IMG/VR virus record: IMGVR_UViG_3300025354_000006
Span: 1-36,175 of that record
Origin: a virus
Taxonomy: Duplodnaviria; Caudoviricetes
Strand: one strand, 5' to 3'
Length of the DNA: 36,175 nt
Made by a program: the position numbers and the translations under genes. Below, in pieces: positions 1 to 7,860 of the stretch. The notes below the pieces were generated by a model. The model did not search any database. It worked only from the letters and a program-made list of their open reading frames with translations, and was not told the origin of the DNA. Each line of letters opens with the position of its first letter. Position 1 is the first letter of the stretch.

Positions 1-208
1 TGGAACCGAGGGCCTCGATGAGCTTGGGGCACTTCAGAAGCTAGTAGTTGATGCCGGCGGACCTGATGCCAAGTGGGGCAAGAACAAGTGTCTCAACTTC
101 CTAGCAGGCACCGAGACCGGGGTTGCAGACGAGGTAGGCGCAGCCAATGAGTGGGCCGGCACTGTTGGTCTAGGGTACGACGAAGCGATCAGGAGAGTGA
201 ACCCATGA
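1..208 (+). CDS. 3' end of a phage hypothetical protein (truncated by window start)
   Basis: Frame 2 is open from the window edge to TGA at 206-208 (...AANEWAGTVGLGYDEAIRRVNP); stop overlaps the next ATG. Confidence 0.6.
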   Translation, partial: GTEGLDELGALQKLVVDAGGPDAKWGKNKCLNFLAGTETGVADEVGAANEWAGTVGLGYDEAIRRVNP

Positions 209-264
209 TGAAGAAGGCCAAGCCCAAGGCTAAGCCCAAGCCCAAGAAGGTCAAGCGCTACTAG
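205..264 (+). CDS. 19-aa Lys/Pro-rich basic peptide (MMKKAKPKAKPKPKKVKRY)
   Basis: ATGA overlap with upstream gene, AGGAG upstream, TAG abuts the next ATG; below ORF-track cutoff. Confidence 0.5.
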   Translation: MMKKAKPKAKPKPKKVKRY

Positions 265-366
265 ATGAGAACCAGGGAATGGTGGGAGTCCTTGACCGGG
301 GCGCAGAAGGCCAATCTCGGCACCAAGGCTGAAACCCTGGAAGACTTCCTCACCGAGAGGGGGTGA
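265..366 (+). CDS. 33-aa hypothetical protein
   Basis: ATG directly after previous stop; tightly packed operon. Confidence 0.45.
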   Translation: MRTREWWESLTGAQKANLGTKAETLEDFLTERG

Positions 367-369
367 CAT

Positions 370-486
370 ATGGACAAGTACGGTTGCACGCCCATCCCTT
401 CAGGCCGTGAGAACATGGTCCTGGAGACGCGCCGGGCTACCGACGTGGGCTCTGCCCCCAAGGGCTCGGGTAAGGCCAAGCGCTGA
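370..486 (+). CDS. 38-aa hypothetical protein
   Basis: GAGGGGGTGA RBS, ATG at 370, followed by a terminator-like hairpin. Confidence 0.5.
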   Translation: MDKYGCTPIPSGRENMVLETRRATDVGSAPKGSGKAKR

Positions 487-511
487 TACAGCTTGTAGCT
501 GACTAGCTGAT

Positions 512-708
512 CAGGCCGCAAACAGGCCGCATAGACCCCCAGAGGTCCCCTGAGGCTCAGGTAAAACACCTGGTCAGCAGGGGTCCCTGGGGGTCTTTTA
601 CGTGTATGAGACGGATGCTCTAACCATTGAGCTACGGGCCCAAAATGCCTGCTAGGCAGGGTCTATGGGCTGGCTCTCAGGTTCAGCAGTCCGCATTCTG
701 GCCGCAGG
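512..708. mobile_element. attP: attP: tRNA-derived core (601-641) flanked by paired arm-type repeats (512-533, 687-708)
   Basis: Minus strand 641-601 reads GGGCCCGTAGCTCAATGGTTAGAGCATCCGTCTCATACACG, the 5' half of a CAU-anticodon tRNA; tandem 11-bp-period CWGKCCGCA repeats on both sides; adjacent to the integrase 3' end. Confidence 0.85.
533..599 (+). terminator. Long GC-rich hairpin with T-tract ending the rightward operon
   Basis: AGACCCCCAG...CTGGGGGTCT arms followed by TTT; lies between convergent genes. Confidence 0.7.
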
Positions 709-1725
709 TTCGAGCCCGTTCAAGGTTTCCTGGAGGGAGTCCTGCTCATCGGGAAGCAGGTGCCCGTAGGTGTCGAGGGTCACTTGGATGGAGGAGTGTC
801 CAAGATGTCTACGGATCACCTGGGGATGCACACCCTGGGAGATCAGCAGTGCGGCGCAGGTGTGCCTGAGGTCGTGGGTCCTTAGGGAATGATCCAGTCC
901 AGCCTCTTTGAGGGCCGGCACAAGCAGCCTTCGAGTCCAATGGGTGTAATGCAGGTGTCCGCCTCTGGGGGCTGGGAATAGAAGTTCATCTGGCTCTCCT
1001 GATAGTTGCTCCTGCAGTGAGCGGGGAAGGACCACCAATCTGGACTGGTGGGTTTTCGTGCTGGTCAATATCTGCTTGCCGGTAACAGTGGATACCTGGG
1101 CCTCTACAAGCAGTCTGCTGCCTCTGACGTGCTTACCTTGGAGGGCAATACCTTCACCGAACCGTAGGCCGCACAATCCATAGACGAGTACTAGGCCCCC
1201 ATAGTTACGGGGCATCACACTGGCTAGGCGATACAGTTCATCTAGGGTCAGAAGCTTCATGGCCTTCCTGGGCATTCTTGGTAGCTTGACCCCTCTAGCC
1301 GGATTGGCCTGGATGTACCCGTTATCGACTGCTACCTCCAGAAGCTGCCTGAGAACCCTGAGGGCATTCCTGGCCTGGTAGGGGCCGACCTGCATCTGAG
1401 TCACCCAGGACTGGACCTCCAGAGGACTCAAAGACTCCAAGGATCTGCTACCAAACCTGGGGATTATCTGGGCGTTCAGTAGGCTCTGATAGTTAGTAAC
1501 AGTCTTGGGCTTCAGAGCCAGGGACTCCAGCCAGGCCTTCGAGAACTCCTCGACTGTCGCACTCCCCTGGGTCTTCTGGGGCCCTCTTTCTAGGGATCGC
1601 TTGAACTCCAGAACATCCTTGTAGGTGTGCCCCTTCGACCTCCTGAAGGTCTTGGACCTCTCGGTCCCACCGACCCTGTAGCCGACCTTCCAGACCCCTG
1701 GCTCCGGTCTCCTGATCCATGCCAT
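652..1725 (-). CDS. int: Tyrosine recombinase / phage integrase
   Basis: GLRFGE (R), TK (K), HDLRH, LGHS, TYGH (Y) catalytic motifs; N-terminal arm-binding-like region; AGGGGGAG RBS. Confidence 0.97.
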   Translation of the reverse strand: MAWIRRPEPGVWKVGYRVGGTERSKTFRRSKGHTYKDVLEFKRSLERGPQKTQGSATVEEFSKAWLESLALKPKTVTNYQSLLNAQIIPRFGSRSLESLSPLEVQSWVTQMQVGPYQARNALRVLRQLLEVAVDNGYIQANPARGVKLPRMPRKAMKLLTLDELYRLASVMPRNYGGLVLVYGLCGLRFGEGIALQGKHVRGSRLLVEAQVSTVTGKQILTSTKTHQSRLVVLPRSLQEQLSGEPDELLFPAPRGGHLHYTHWTRRLLVPALKEAGLDHSLRTHDLRHTCAALLISQGVHPQVIRRHLGHSSIQVTLDTYGHLLPDEQDSLQETLNGLEPAARMRTAEPESQPIDPA

Positions 1726-1747
1726 GACTCCCCCTTGAACCCCTAGG

Positions 1748-1770
1748 CTGTACTGGCCTCCAGAGTACAG
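1748..1770. promoter_or_regulatory. Inverted repeat upstream of int (operator or hairpin)
   Basis: CTGTACT-N9-AGTACAG about 20 bp upstream of the int start. Confidence 0.4.
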
Positions 1771-1805
1771 GTCCCCAGGATGCCTCTAGGCAGTGCTCTC
1801 AGCGA

Positions 1806-1874
1806 CCTCTGAGGCGTTTTAGGAGGCCACTGGTAGGTCAGGTAACCCCAGGGGGCTATCGGGGCTTAGAAGTC
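1806..1874 (-). repeat. ~69-bp element, copy 1 (homologue at 11447-11514 on +)
   Basis: GACTTCTAAG-N27-CCTACC-N11-AAAACGCCTCAGAGG. Confidence 0.75.
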
Positions 1875-2042
1875 GCTCAGTGACCCCCTGATCTCATCCT
1901 TGGCCACTCGACGCTTCTTCCTGTTGTGAAGCCCCTTGATGGCCTTGCGTTCCCCGGGCTTCCACTTCAGGTAGTTCTTCCAGCGCCTACTCAGTGCATC
2001 CATCTCATCTGCGGAATTGCAGGGAATCCGGTCCTCATTCAT
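1866..2042 (-). CDS. 58-aa basic hypothetical protein
   Basis: MNEDRIPCNSADEMDALSRRWKNYLKWKPGERK...; ATGA-coupled to upstream ORF. Confidence 0.65.
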   Translation of the reverse strand: MNEDRIPCNSADEMDALSRRWKNYLKWKPGERKAIKGLHNRKKRRVAKDEIRGSLSDF

Positions 2043-2209
2043 GATCCCTCGATATCGCAGAGCCTGGAAGCCGCATCGATGTCAGTGATGTTCGGGTCCT
2101 CCCTGAACCAGATGTCCCTGACTGCCTCGAATGTGAACCACCGGTCGTGAATGATGCAACGGTAGACCCGGTCCTTGCTAATGAAGACGTGCTTGAGTTC
2201 ATCGTCCAT
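2039..2209 (-). CDS. 56-aa hypothetical protein
   Basis: GGAGG RBS; MDDELKHVFISKDRVYRCII...; extended -10 TGATATAGT about 90 bp upstream. Confidence 0.65.
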   Translation of the reverse strand: MDDELKHVFISKDRVYRCIIHDRWFTFEAVRDIWFREDPNITDIDAASRLCDIEGS

Positions 2210-2328
2210 CAGAGTCCTCCAAAGAGAGAGGGGGCCGGCGGGGAGGGACCGACCCCCTGTTGTGCCTCACTCGTCAGTTGGCACCTTCAGGTGAGACCAC
2301 TATATCACAGTACTGCTGGAGATCGCTG

Positions 2329-2487
2329 CTATTGCCAGGGAAGCTTGGGTAGCTCGTCTAGCAACCGTGCTGCAACCTCACTGGGTGGACCCGAATGTTC
2401 GTAGCCAATCTTGACAAGCCTGCAAAGCTCCTTGGCTTCCTCGTCATCGAGTCCGATAGCCCACTTGACTTCCTTGCGGATATCCAT
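2329..2487 (-). CDS. Small hypothetical protein (MDIRKEVKWAIGLDDEEAKEL...)
   Basis: GGAGG RBS before the second Met of track ORF 2329..2517. Confidence 0.6.
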   Translation of the reverse strand: MDIRKEVKWAIGLDDEEAKELCRLVKIGYEHSGPPSEVAARLLDELPKLPWQ

Positions 2488-2834
2488 GAGTCCTCCTGCA
2501 CCCCTAAGGGTTGCCATTTCGCTGCACTTAAGGGTGGACTGGTAGGTGCTTCAGGAGTTCGTTGGCGAAGTTGTCCGCACTGACAGGATGAGTGCGTCCC
2601 TCCAGTATGTACGACAGGGTAGCAGCCTCCCGGTGATCAAGCTCAATGGTGTACTTGGATTCCCTAGTCACCTTCATAGACTCCTCCAGGTCTCTTTCAG
2701 TAGGTGGATCGCATCGTCTAGGGCCACAGAGTCTGCATGGTCCGGTAGGTAGTCCCTAATCCCCAGGCAGTCATCGATGACTGAGAAGATCATCTGATCA
2801 AGCTCCTCTGGGTCCATGGCACCCGAAGTGACTA

Positions 2835-2954
2835 TCATTTCTCCTCCCACTCATACCCACACTTCTTGCACTTCACAATGCCCTCGGTGACCCACCAGCT
2901 GTACTTGTCATGCCCGCACTTCGGGCAAGTGAACCCCATCTTCTTGTCTGCCAT
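2835..2954 (-). CDS. 39-aa zinc-ribbon protein
   Basis: CPKC...CKKC; GGAGG RBS; not in track. Confidence 0.65.
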   Translation of the reverse strand: MADKKMGFTCPKCGHDKYSWWVTEGIVKCKKCGYEWEEK

Positions 2955-3080
2955 AGAACTCCTCCCGGTGCTCCTCACACCAGATGCCATCGACGGTTTC
3001 CTTGCCACAACTGAAGTGGCTCACGCTTCGGATGCAGCCGACCCTGGGGTCTACACCAACCCCTAGAGGTAGGTCGCCCA

Positions 3081-3347
3081 TTACATCTCCCTCAACCATT
3101 CCCGGTAGCTCTCGATCAGTTCAGGTGAGAAGACTGCATCGTACGGGGTGTAGTGAGGCCTCAGGAGGTGCTTGAAGGACCGGGCATTACACTGACACAG
3201 GGGGCTCAGATTCCAGCAGTGATGACAGCGCACAAAGACCTGCGGGGAATAGACCCGGTAAGGAAACTTGTCTCCTGAGAGGAGGCGGCCTTCACACTTC
3301 TGGCAGCCACCAGTGCCATATCGATTGCAGGGCTTGCAGTAGTTCAC
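3081..3347 (-). CDS. Cys-rich putative zinc-binding protein
   Basis: CxxC, CxxC, CxxC and CxC motifs. Confidence 0.65.
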   Translation of the reverse strand: MNYCKPCNRYGTGGCQKCEGRLLSGDKFPYRVYSPQVFVRCHHCWNLSPLCQCNARSFKHLLRPHYTPYDAVFSPELIESYREWLREM

Positions 3348-3441
3348 TTGTCCAGTCTCCTCAGGATTTCCTTGACGGTCTCTGAGTCGTTATTCCTGAC
3401 CAACTTGTCCCAGTGTTTGTCCTTGAGGGTCTTGGACCACT

Positions 3442-3861
3442 TCATTTCTTCACCCATCCAGCTCCGGTGGCTCGGTAGATTTCAATGCGGTAGATGTCCT
3501 TGTCCTCTTTTAGTTCCTCGATGGCATTTAGGGTCTGAGCCCAGGTTGCCTGTGGCATGGAGTTGGGCATGTTGAGGTTCCCCCACTTCTGAAAGTAGAC
3601 GACCTCGAAGTCTCCATCTTCTGGGTGGTCAACTTGGAAGCCCCTGATCCAGTCACCCAGGTATCCAAACTTTCTAGCCCAAGAGTCAACGAGTTGACTA
3701 TCTGAGTTGTGCTCCCAGTGATCCTTGACCTCAGTCAGGTAGACATTCTCGCTCAACCCATCCCCCTTCAGGTATTCAACTTGAGCTTCAGCTTCCTTTA
3801 GGGTCTCATGGGTTGAGAAACGGTATTCCCCCATGTCATACCAGGCAGCCAGGTAAGTCAC
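3442..3861 (-). CDS. Hypothetical protein
   Basis: 139-aa ORF, AGGAG RBS, GTGA overlap. Confidence 0.7.
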   Translation of the reverse strand: MTYLAAWYDMGEYRFSTHETLKEAEAQVEYLKGDGLSENVYLTEVKDHWEHNSDSQLVDSWARKFGYLGDWIRGFQVDHPEDGDFEVVYFQKWGNLNMPNSMPQATWAQTLNAIEELKEDKDIYRIEIYRATGAGWVKK

Positions 3862-4033
3862 TCTGACTCCTGAATCTGCTTCTCCAGTTCAGCCTTCCGG
3901 TGCTTCAGAGCGTCAAGCTTCTCCTGAGTGAACTTCTTGAAGGCTTCTGTCTGGACTCTGGAGAGCACTTCCTTCTGGGTTTCAATAAGCCAGTTGACAT
4001 TCCTGAGTTCACTCAGTAGTCCATCAAGTCCCA

Positions 4034-4639
4034 TCACTTACCTCCCAGTAGTTTATGAATGGATTCTGGACCCCGGTGTACTAACAGGTCATTGAGGTCC
4101 AGGTCTTCCAGATGAATCTCGGTGCAATTAAGGTCCCTCTTGATGAACTCTCTACCCTGGTTGCCGGCTTCATCTGGGTCCAGGATCAGTGTTGGTTCAG
4201 AGTCCTCCAGGAGGTATCTCCAGTGGCTTCTCCAACTACTGACACCCGGAACTCCAACTGCTGGGTACCCTAACTGAACTAGTGTTATACAGTCAATCTC
4301 TCCCTCGGTGATGTAGACACCAGACTCTAGAGAGTCCCTAGCGTTGAACAGATGAACCTTAGATTCTCCTGGATGTTCTCTGACCAGAGGTAGGTACTTG
4401 GGTCCCCCATCCTTGGGACTCCTGACTCTGATCTGGTAAGCATAACCATCTGGGGTCAGGTAAGGGATAGTAGGTGAACCTTTGAAGTACACCGAGTCTA
4501 CGGTCTTAGGACTAACTACTAACCCTAGTTTAAACCTAGCAATAGTCTGTTCATTGAACCCCCTGGACTCCCAATAGTCATTACCAGACTCTAGATACTG
4601 TTGATGATAGAGGTTGGCTAGCTCGGTTGTGTTCTTCAT
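4034..4639 (-). CDS. DNA primase catalytic (Toprim) subunit lacking Zn-finger
   Basis: YWESRGF..TIARFKLG, PKY, YITEGEIDCIT, AVGVPG and DPDEAG Toprim motifs. Confidence 0.92.
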   Translation of the reverse strand: MKNTTELANLYHQQYLESGNDYWESRGFNEQTIARFKLGLVVSPKTVDSVYFKGSPTIPYLTPDGYAYQIRVRSPKDGGPKYLPLVREHPGESKVHLFNARDSLESGVYITEGEIDCITLVQLGYPAVGVPGVSSWRSHWRYLLEDSEPTLILDPDEAGNQGREFIKRDLNCTEIHLEDLDLNDLLVHRGPESIHKLLGGK

Positions 4640-4862
4640 CTAACTCCCTCTGGAACTCAATCCACTCCCTAGCAGCCTTGTTGACATCTGGCTCTCGGAG
4701 GATTCTCCTGACCCTCTTGATATGCCTATCGAGTTTCTCGGTGTTCTTCATTGATCCTCTTGTTTAGTCTCTCCCAGGCTTCCTGGACTTCAGACTCGGT
4801 GATCTTGGTGTTGAAGGCTTTCTCTAGTATCTCCCTGACCTTCTGTACCTCCTCCAGGTGAC

Positions 4863-4982
4863 TCATTGATTCCTCCGGGTATCCTTTGTTGGTTCCTGGT
4901 GTCTACTGAATCTCTCAGTGAACTCTGTGATCACCAGGGATACCAGGTATCCAATGGTGAACCCTGCTATGAACTCGATCAT
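4863..4982 (-). CDS. 39-aa single-TM membrane peptide
   Basis: MIEFIAGFTIGYLVSLVI hydrophobic N-terminus; ATGA overlap downstream. Confidence 0.5.
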   Translation of the reverse strand: MIEFIAGFTIGYLVSLVITEFTERFSRHQEPTKDTRRNQ

Positions 4983-5115
4983 CAGTACCAGTCCTTAGAT
5001 TTCCTTCTCCCTGCTGACCCCTTTGACTCTCTTTTCCCACCCCCTACTCCCTACCATCACTCCGAGCCTCACTTTCCCTCGGGTGTTTCTCTTCTTCCCC
5101 ATATCATCCTCCGAA

Positions 5116-5139
5116 TGTCTGAGTGTCTGAGTGTCTGAA
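5116..5139. repeat. Three tandem 8-bp repeats TGTCTGA(G/A)
   Basis: Direct reading; just upstream of the first leftward RBS. Confidence 0.8.
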
Positions 5140-5275
5140 GATAGCTTCCCCGGTCATCCTCACCCAGTTAGTCACACCGGGTAGCACTCTTTCCGCGTAT
5201 TCCCGAAAGCTTCACTGCGCCAATTCTCACAAGGCGCTCCGTCTCTCGGTGCAGGAGCCCATCCCTGCAAGGGGT

Positions 5276-5298
5276 CTGTAACCCCTCTAACGGGCATT
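5276..5298. repeat. 23-bp exact repeat, copy 1 (copy 2 at 20613-20635)
   Basis: CTGTAACCCCTCTAACGGGCATT. Confidence 0.9.
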
Positions 5299-5394
5299 CA
5301 AGGGGCCAACAACCTCCCCCGCAGGCGTCAGGTGCCTACCAACCTGCCTGGATGTCTACCAGGTTGAACACCCGGATTTCCCGGGCATGCTGTC

Positions 5395-5455
5395 AGCTTA
5401 GCACGACCACAAGACTTCAGCAAGTGTTGCGCTGTTGCGGTCCCTCTGGTAGGGT
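5395..5455. promoter_or_regulatory. Back-to-back SigA-type promoters
   Basis: Leftward TTGCTG-N17-TAAGCT (5423-5395); rightward TTGCGC-N17-TAGGGT (5427-5455); both have TGn extended -10; located at the gene-orientation switch. Confidence 0.7.
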
Positions 5456-5484
5456 GGTTCCCAGTCGAATCCCGGCGCTATCTC

Positions 5485-5566
5485 GGTAGGTACCGCGCAT
5501 GGGCGTAAACTAGGTTTGAACTCTAGGGGTGCTGCAAGGCACGGAGTTCGATTCTTCTACCTACCT
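5485..5566 (+). tRNA. tRNA-Ser(UGA) with 8-bp acceptor / 4-bp T stem, no encoded CCA
   Basis: Acceptor GGTAGGTA/TACCTACC; anticodon arm CTAGG-TTTGAAC-TCTAG; long V arm GTGCT-GCAA-GGCAC; T arm GGAG-TTCGATT-CTTC. Confidence 0.85.
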
Positions 5567-5589
5567 CTGAAGGAGAGCAAGGAGGTAAA

Positions 5590-5760
5590 ATGCAGCAGGG
5601 CGAGTTTATTTCAGTGGCTGATCTTAGGCGTGTGCTTAAGGGGCTTGAGACGACAGCAGACCGTTGGATTGAGAGGGACATCCACTGGGACCAGGCTCAT
5701 GGAATCCTTCGCGCCGTGGATGTCCTCAAGGCTGCATTCCCCGAACTGAAGGAGGATTAA
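5590..5760 (+). CDS. 56-aa hypothetical protein
   Basis: Strong AAGGAGGT RBS; TAATG overlap with next gene. Confidence 0.7.
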   Translation: MQQGEFISVADLRRVLKGLETTADRWIERDIHWDQAHGILRAVDVLKAAFPELKED

Positions 5761-5933
5761 TGACTTCAGTTTGCATCTGGTTATTGGTTGCGGCTTTGAC
5801 TGTTGGGTTGATAATCGGTTTCATCTTTGGGGGAACCATGAATGACGACTCTGAAGTCATGCTGGGCACGGTCATCCTGATTGTGACCCTGGCTATCGGA
5901 CTGCTGGTTGGCTATTTCTGGGGGGCATGGTGA
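5760..5933 (+). CDS. 57-aa two-TM membrane protein
   Basis: Two similar hydrophobic segments (LTVGLIIGFIFGG / LAIGLLVGYFWGA); GGAGG RBS. Confidence 0.7.
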   Translation: MTSVCIWLLVAALTVGLIIGFIFGGTMNDDSEVMLGTVILIVTLAIGLLVGYFWGAW

Positions 5934-6325
5934 GCACTCCTACTGTTATGAACACTCTCACTTCCGAGAAGGCTATTGAACTTCTGGGTAAAGCAGCGGA
6001 AGCCTATGGGCCGGACTGGGTGGACCCGCTCTCCTGGGAGGATGGCTGTCAAAACGTCTACCAGGACAATGATGGCAACACTCGATACTGCATCGCTGCT
6101 TGGGTTCTGAAGGAGTTCTTCGGGGTTCATGATGAGTCCTTATCCCTTGATAATCGGGTTTCCATCCGGCGGACTCTTGATTGCCTGAACCTCCGTGACT
6201 ATTTAGAGCCGGGGGCTCTCATGATCCTTGAATGGGCCCAGACCATGCAGGATGACGGGGAGTCCTGGGGGAAAGTTGCGCAACTGGCAGCGTCCACGAA
6301 TAAGGCGTCACTGGAGGAGTCATGA
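5927..6325 (+). CDS. Hypothetical protein
   Basis: 132-aa ORF coupled to neighbouring genes. Confidence 0.75.
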   Translation: MVSTPTVMNTLTSEKAIELLGKAAEAYGPDWVDPLSWEDGCQNVYQDNDGNTRYCIAAWVLKEFFGVHDESLSLDNRVSIRRTLDCLNLRDYLEPGALMILEWAQTMQDDGESWGKVAQLAASTNKASLEES

Positions 6326-6546
6326 CCAAGGTTACTCATATCATCAACCCAAAGACCGTCGAGGATGAGGTCCGTAAAGAGCTAGCTGAAGGTAAAGCCG
6401 GCCCTCCATACAGGAGCAAAAATGATCGCTGACTACGATGCCTTCAAGCGGGAGTACAAGAAGCTCTACGACCGAGAACCACCGATGACCTACAACCAGT
6501 ACTGGGCCTGGATCGTCGGTCTGGCTCCAGTATTCCGAGGGGAGTA

Positions 6547-7374
6547 ATGCGGACCCACTACTCTTTCAACCAACTCAAGACAGCATCGGACTGCGGGCTT
6601 CGTTACCACAAGAAGTACGTGATAGGAGACGAAAGAGGCTCTGACTCTCTGGAGCAAGTTGCCGGCAAGATTCTCCATGCGGCCTACCAGCACTACGATT
6701 TGGGGACCTACCCTACCGAGGGGGAACTAGTCCAGTACTGCCGCAATGAGCTTCAGGAATTCGAGGGTTTCCGTGACCTCCCGAGAACGGCAGTTTCCCG
6801 AAACTGGGAGTACTGGTTGTCCGAGGGGTTCGGTACTCACATTCAGAACTTCTTGGGGACCACGAACCAGTTTGATACCCCAGGTATGAGCGGCTGGAAG
6901 GACTGGGAGACCTGGTTTGAGCCTTCCTGGGAACAGTCTACTGAGGTTGAGTTCGAGCTTGACATCGGTCTTGAGTTTCCGATCAAGGGCTACATCGACC
7001 GGGTTTACTACAACCCAGACAAGAAGCTGATTGTCAGGGACTACAAGACCGGTGCCCCCAGGGCCTCAGATGCGATCCAGGTGGACCAGTACGCAGTCAT
7101 CTACGAGGAGCTTCATGGCTGCGACGTTGACTTCTCTGAGCTTGTCTACACCAGGGGTTCTAAGGCTGAAGTGGTTACGGTCCCCCGGTCCTTGGACTTC
7201 GATCAACTGGTCAGTCTTTACGACGGCCTGGAGGAAGTCCGCTATTCGAGTCCGTTGATTCAAGGTCCTTTCAATGGGGCCTGCAAGCACTGTGACTTCA
7301 GGAATACCTGCACGTTCAGTAACGCCGGAGAGAAGAACACCGTTGAGTTGCCTGACATCCTGGAGGCCAAGTGA
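6547..7374 (+). CDS. PD-(D/E)XK RecB/Cas4-like exonuclease with Fe-S cysteines
   Basis: HYSFNQL..C, GKILH, GYIDR, DYKTG, QVDQY, CKHCDFRNTC. Confidence 0.92.
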   Translation: MRTHYSFNQLKTASDCGLRYHKKYVIGDERGSDSLEQVAGKILHAAYQHYDLGTYPTEGELVQYCRNELQEFEGFRDLPRTAVSRNWEYWLSEGFGTHIQNFLGTTNQFDTPGMSGWKDWETWFEPSWEQSTEVEFELDIGLEFPIKGYIDRVYYNPDKKLIVRDYKTGAPRASDAIQVDQYAVIYEELHGCDVDFSELVYTRGSKAEVVTVPRSLDFDQLVSLYDGLEEVRYSSPLIQGPFNGACKHCDFRNTCTFSNAGEKNTVELPDILEAK

Positions 7375-7703
7375 CTGACCAGATCGTCTTTACCGACCCT
7401 GATGACCAGAAGTTCGTTTCGGTTGCAAGGAGAACTAGCGAGGTTCTTCTTCCCTACATTCCGGGGGAGGTTGTGGGCAAGCTGAGGGGTGGGGTCACCT
7501 TGACCGTCAAGTGGGGTCCTCGGCCACTCAAGGTTGGTGATGTAGTCAAGGATTCTGTTGGGCGTTTGGGGTCCGTTGTTAAGACCCACAACCAGGATGA
7601 GTGCCGGACCGCCCTTGTCAAGTTCGATGAGGGCACCTGGCATTGTTTCGAGAGCGATCTTGAGCGTGTCACCAAGTGGGCTAATCAGGCTGGGGATGAT
7701 TGA
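7371..7703 (+). CDS. Hypothetical protein with SH3/KOW-like C-terminus
   Basis: LKVGDVV...GSVV...ALVKFD...FESDLE pattern. Confidence 0.7.
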   Translation: MTDQIVFTDPDDQKFVSVARRTSEVLLPYIPGEVVGKLRGGVTLTVKWGPRPLKVGDVVKDSVGRLGSVVKTHNQDECRTALVKFDEGTWHCFESDLERVTKWANQAGDD

Positions 7704-7860
7704 TGGCCTGGTGTGGAACCTGCAAGAAGAAGTACCGGAAGATCAGGGACGCCGGCCTTTGCTGTGGGTCTCTGAGTCCTGAGGATATCGACTTGAAAGC
7801 CAAGGGCCTCATTGAAGGTAAGGACCATTGGCACGACCCGGAGAGGCCAGGAAGGATTCG

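Noticed and set aside
601-641. Complete tRNA-Met/Ile gene
   Set aside because: No T arm or 3' acceptor strand follows; interpreted as the attP core.
2262-2296. CTGACGA in a hairpin-rich leader on the minus strand
   Set aside because: No GAAA half of the hammerhead core; probably an ordinary 5' UTR.
5516-5749. Track ORF overlapping the tRNA
   Set aside because: Starts in the anticodon loop; 5590-5760 has the strong RBS.
6547-7374. Cas4-like gene as part of a CRISPR system
   Set aside because: No array or other cas genes; this is the usual phage recombination-operon context.
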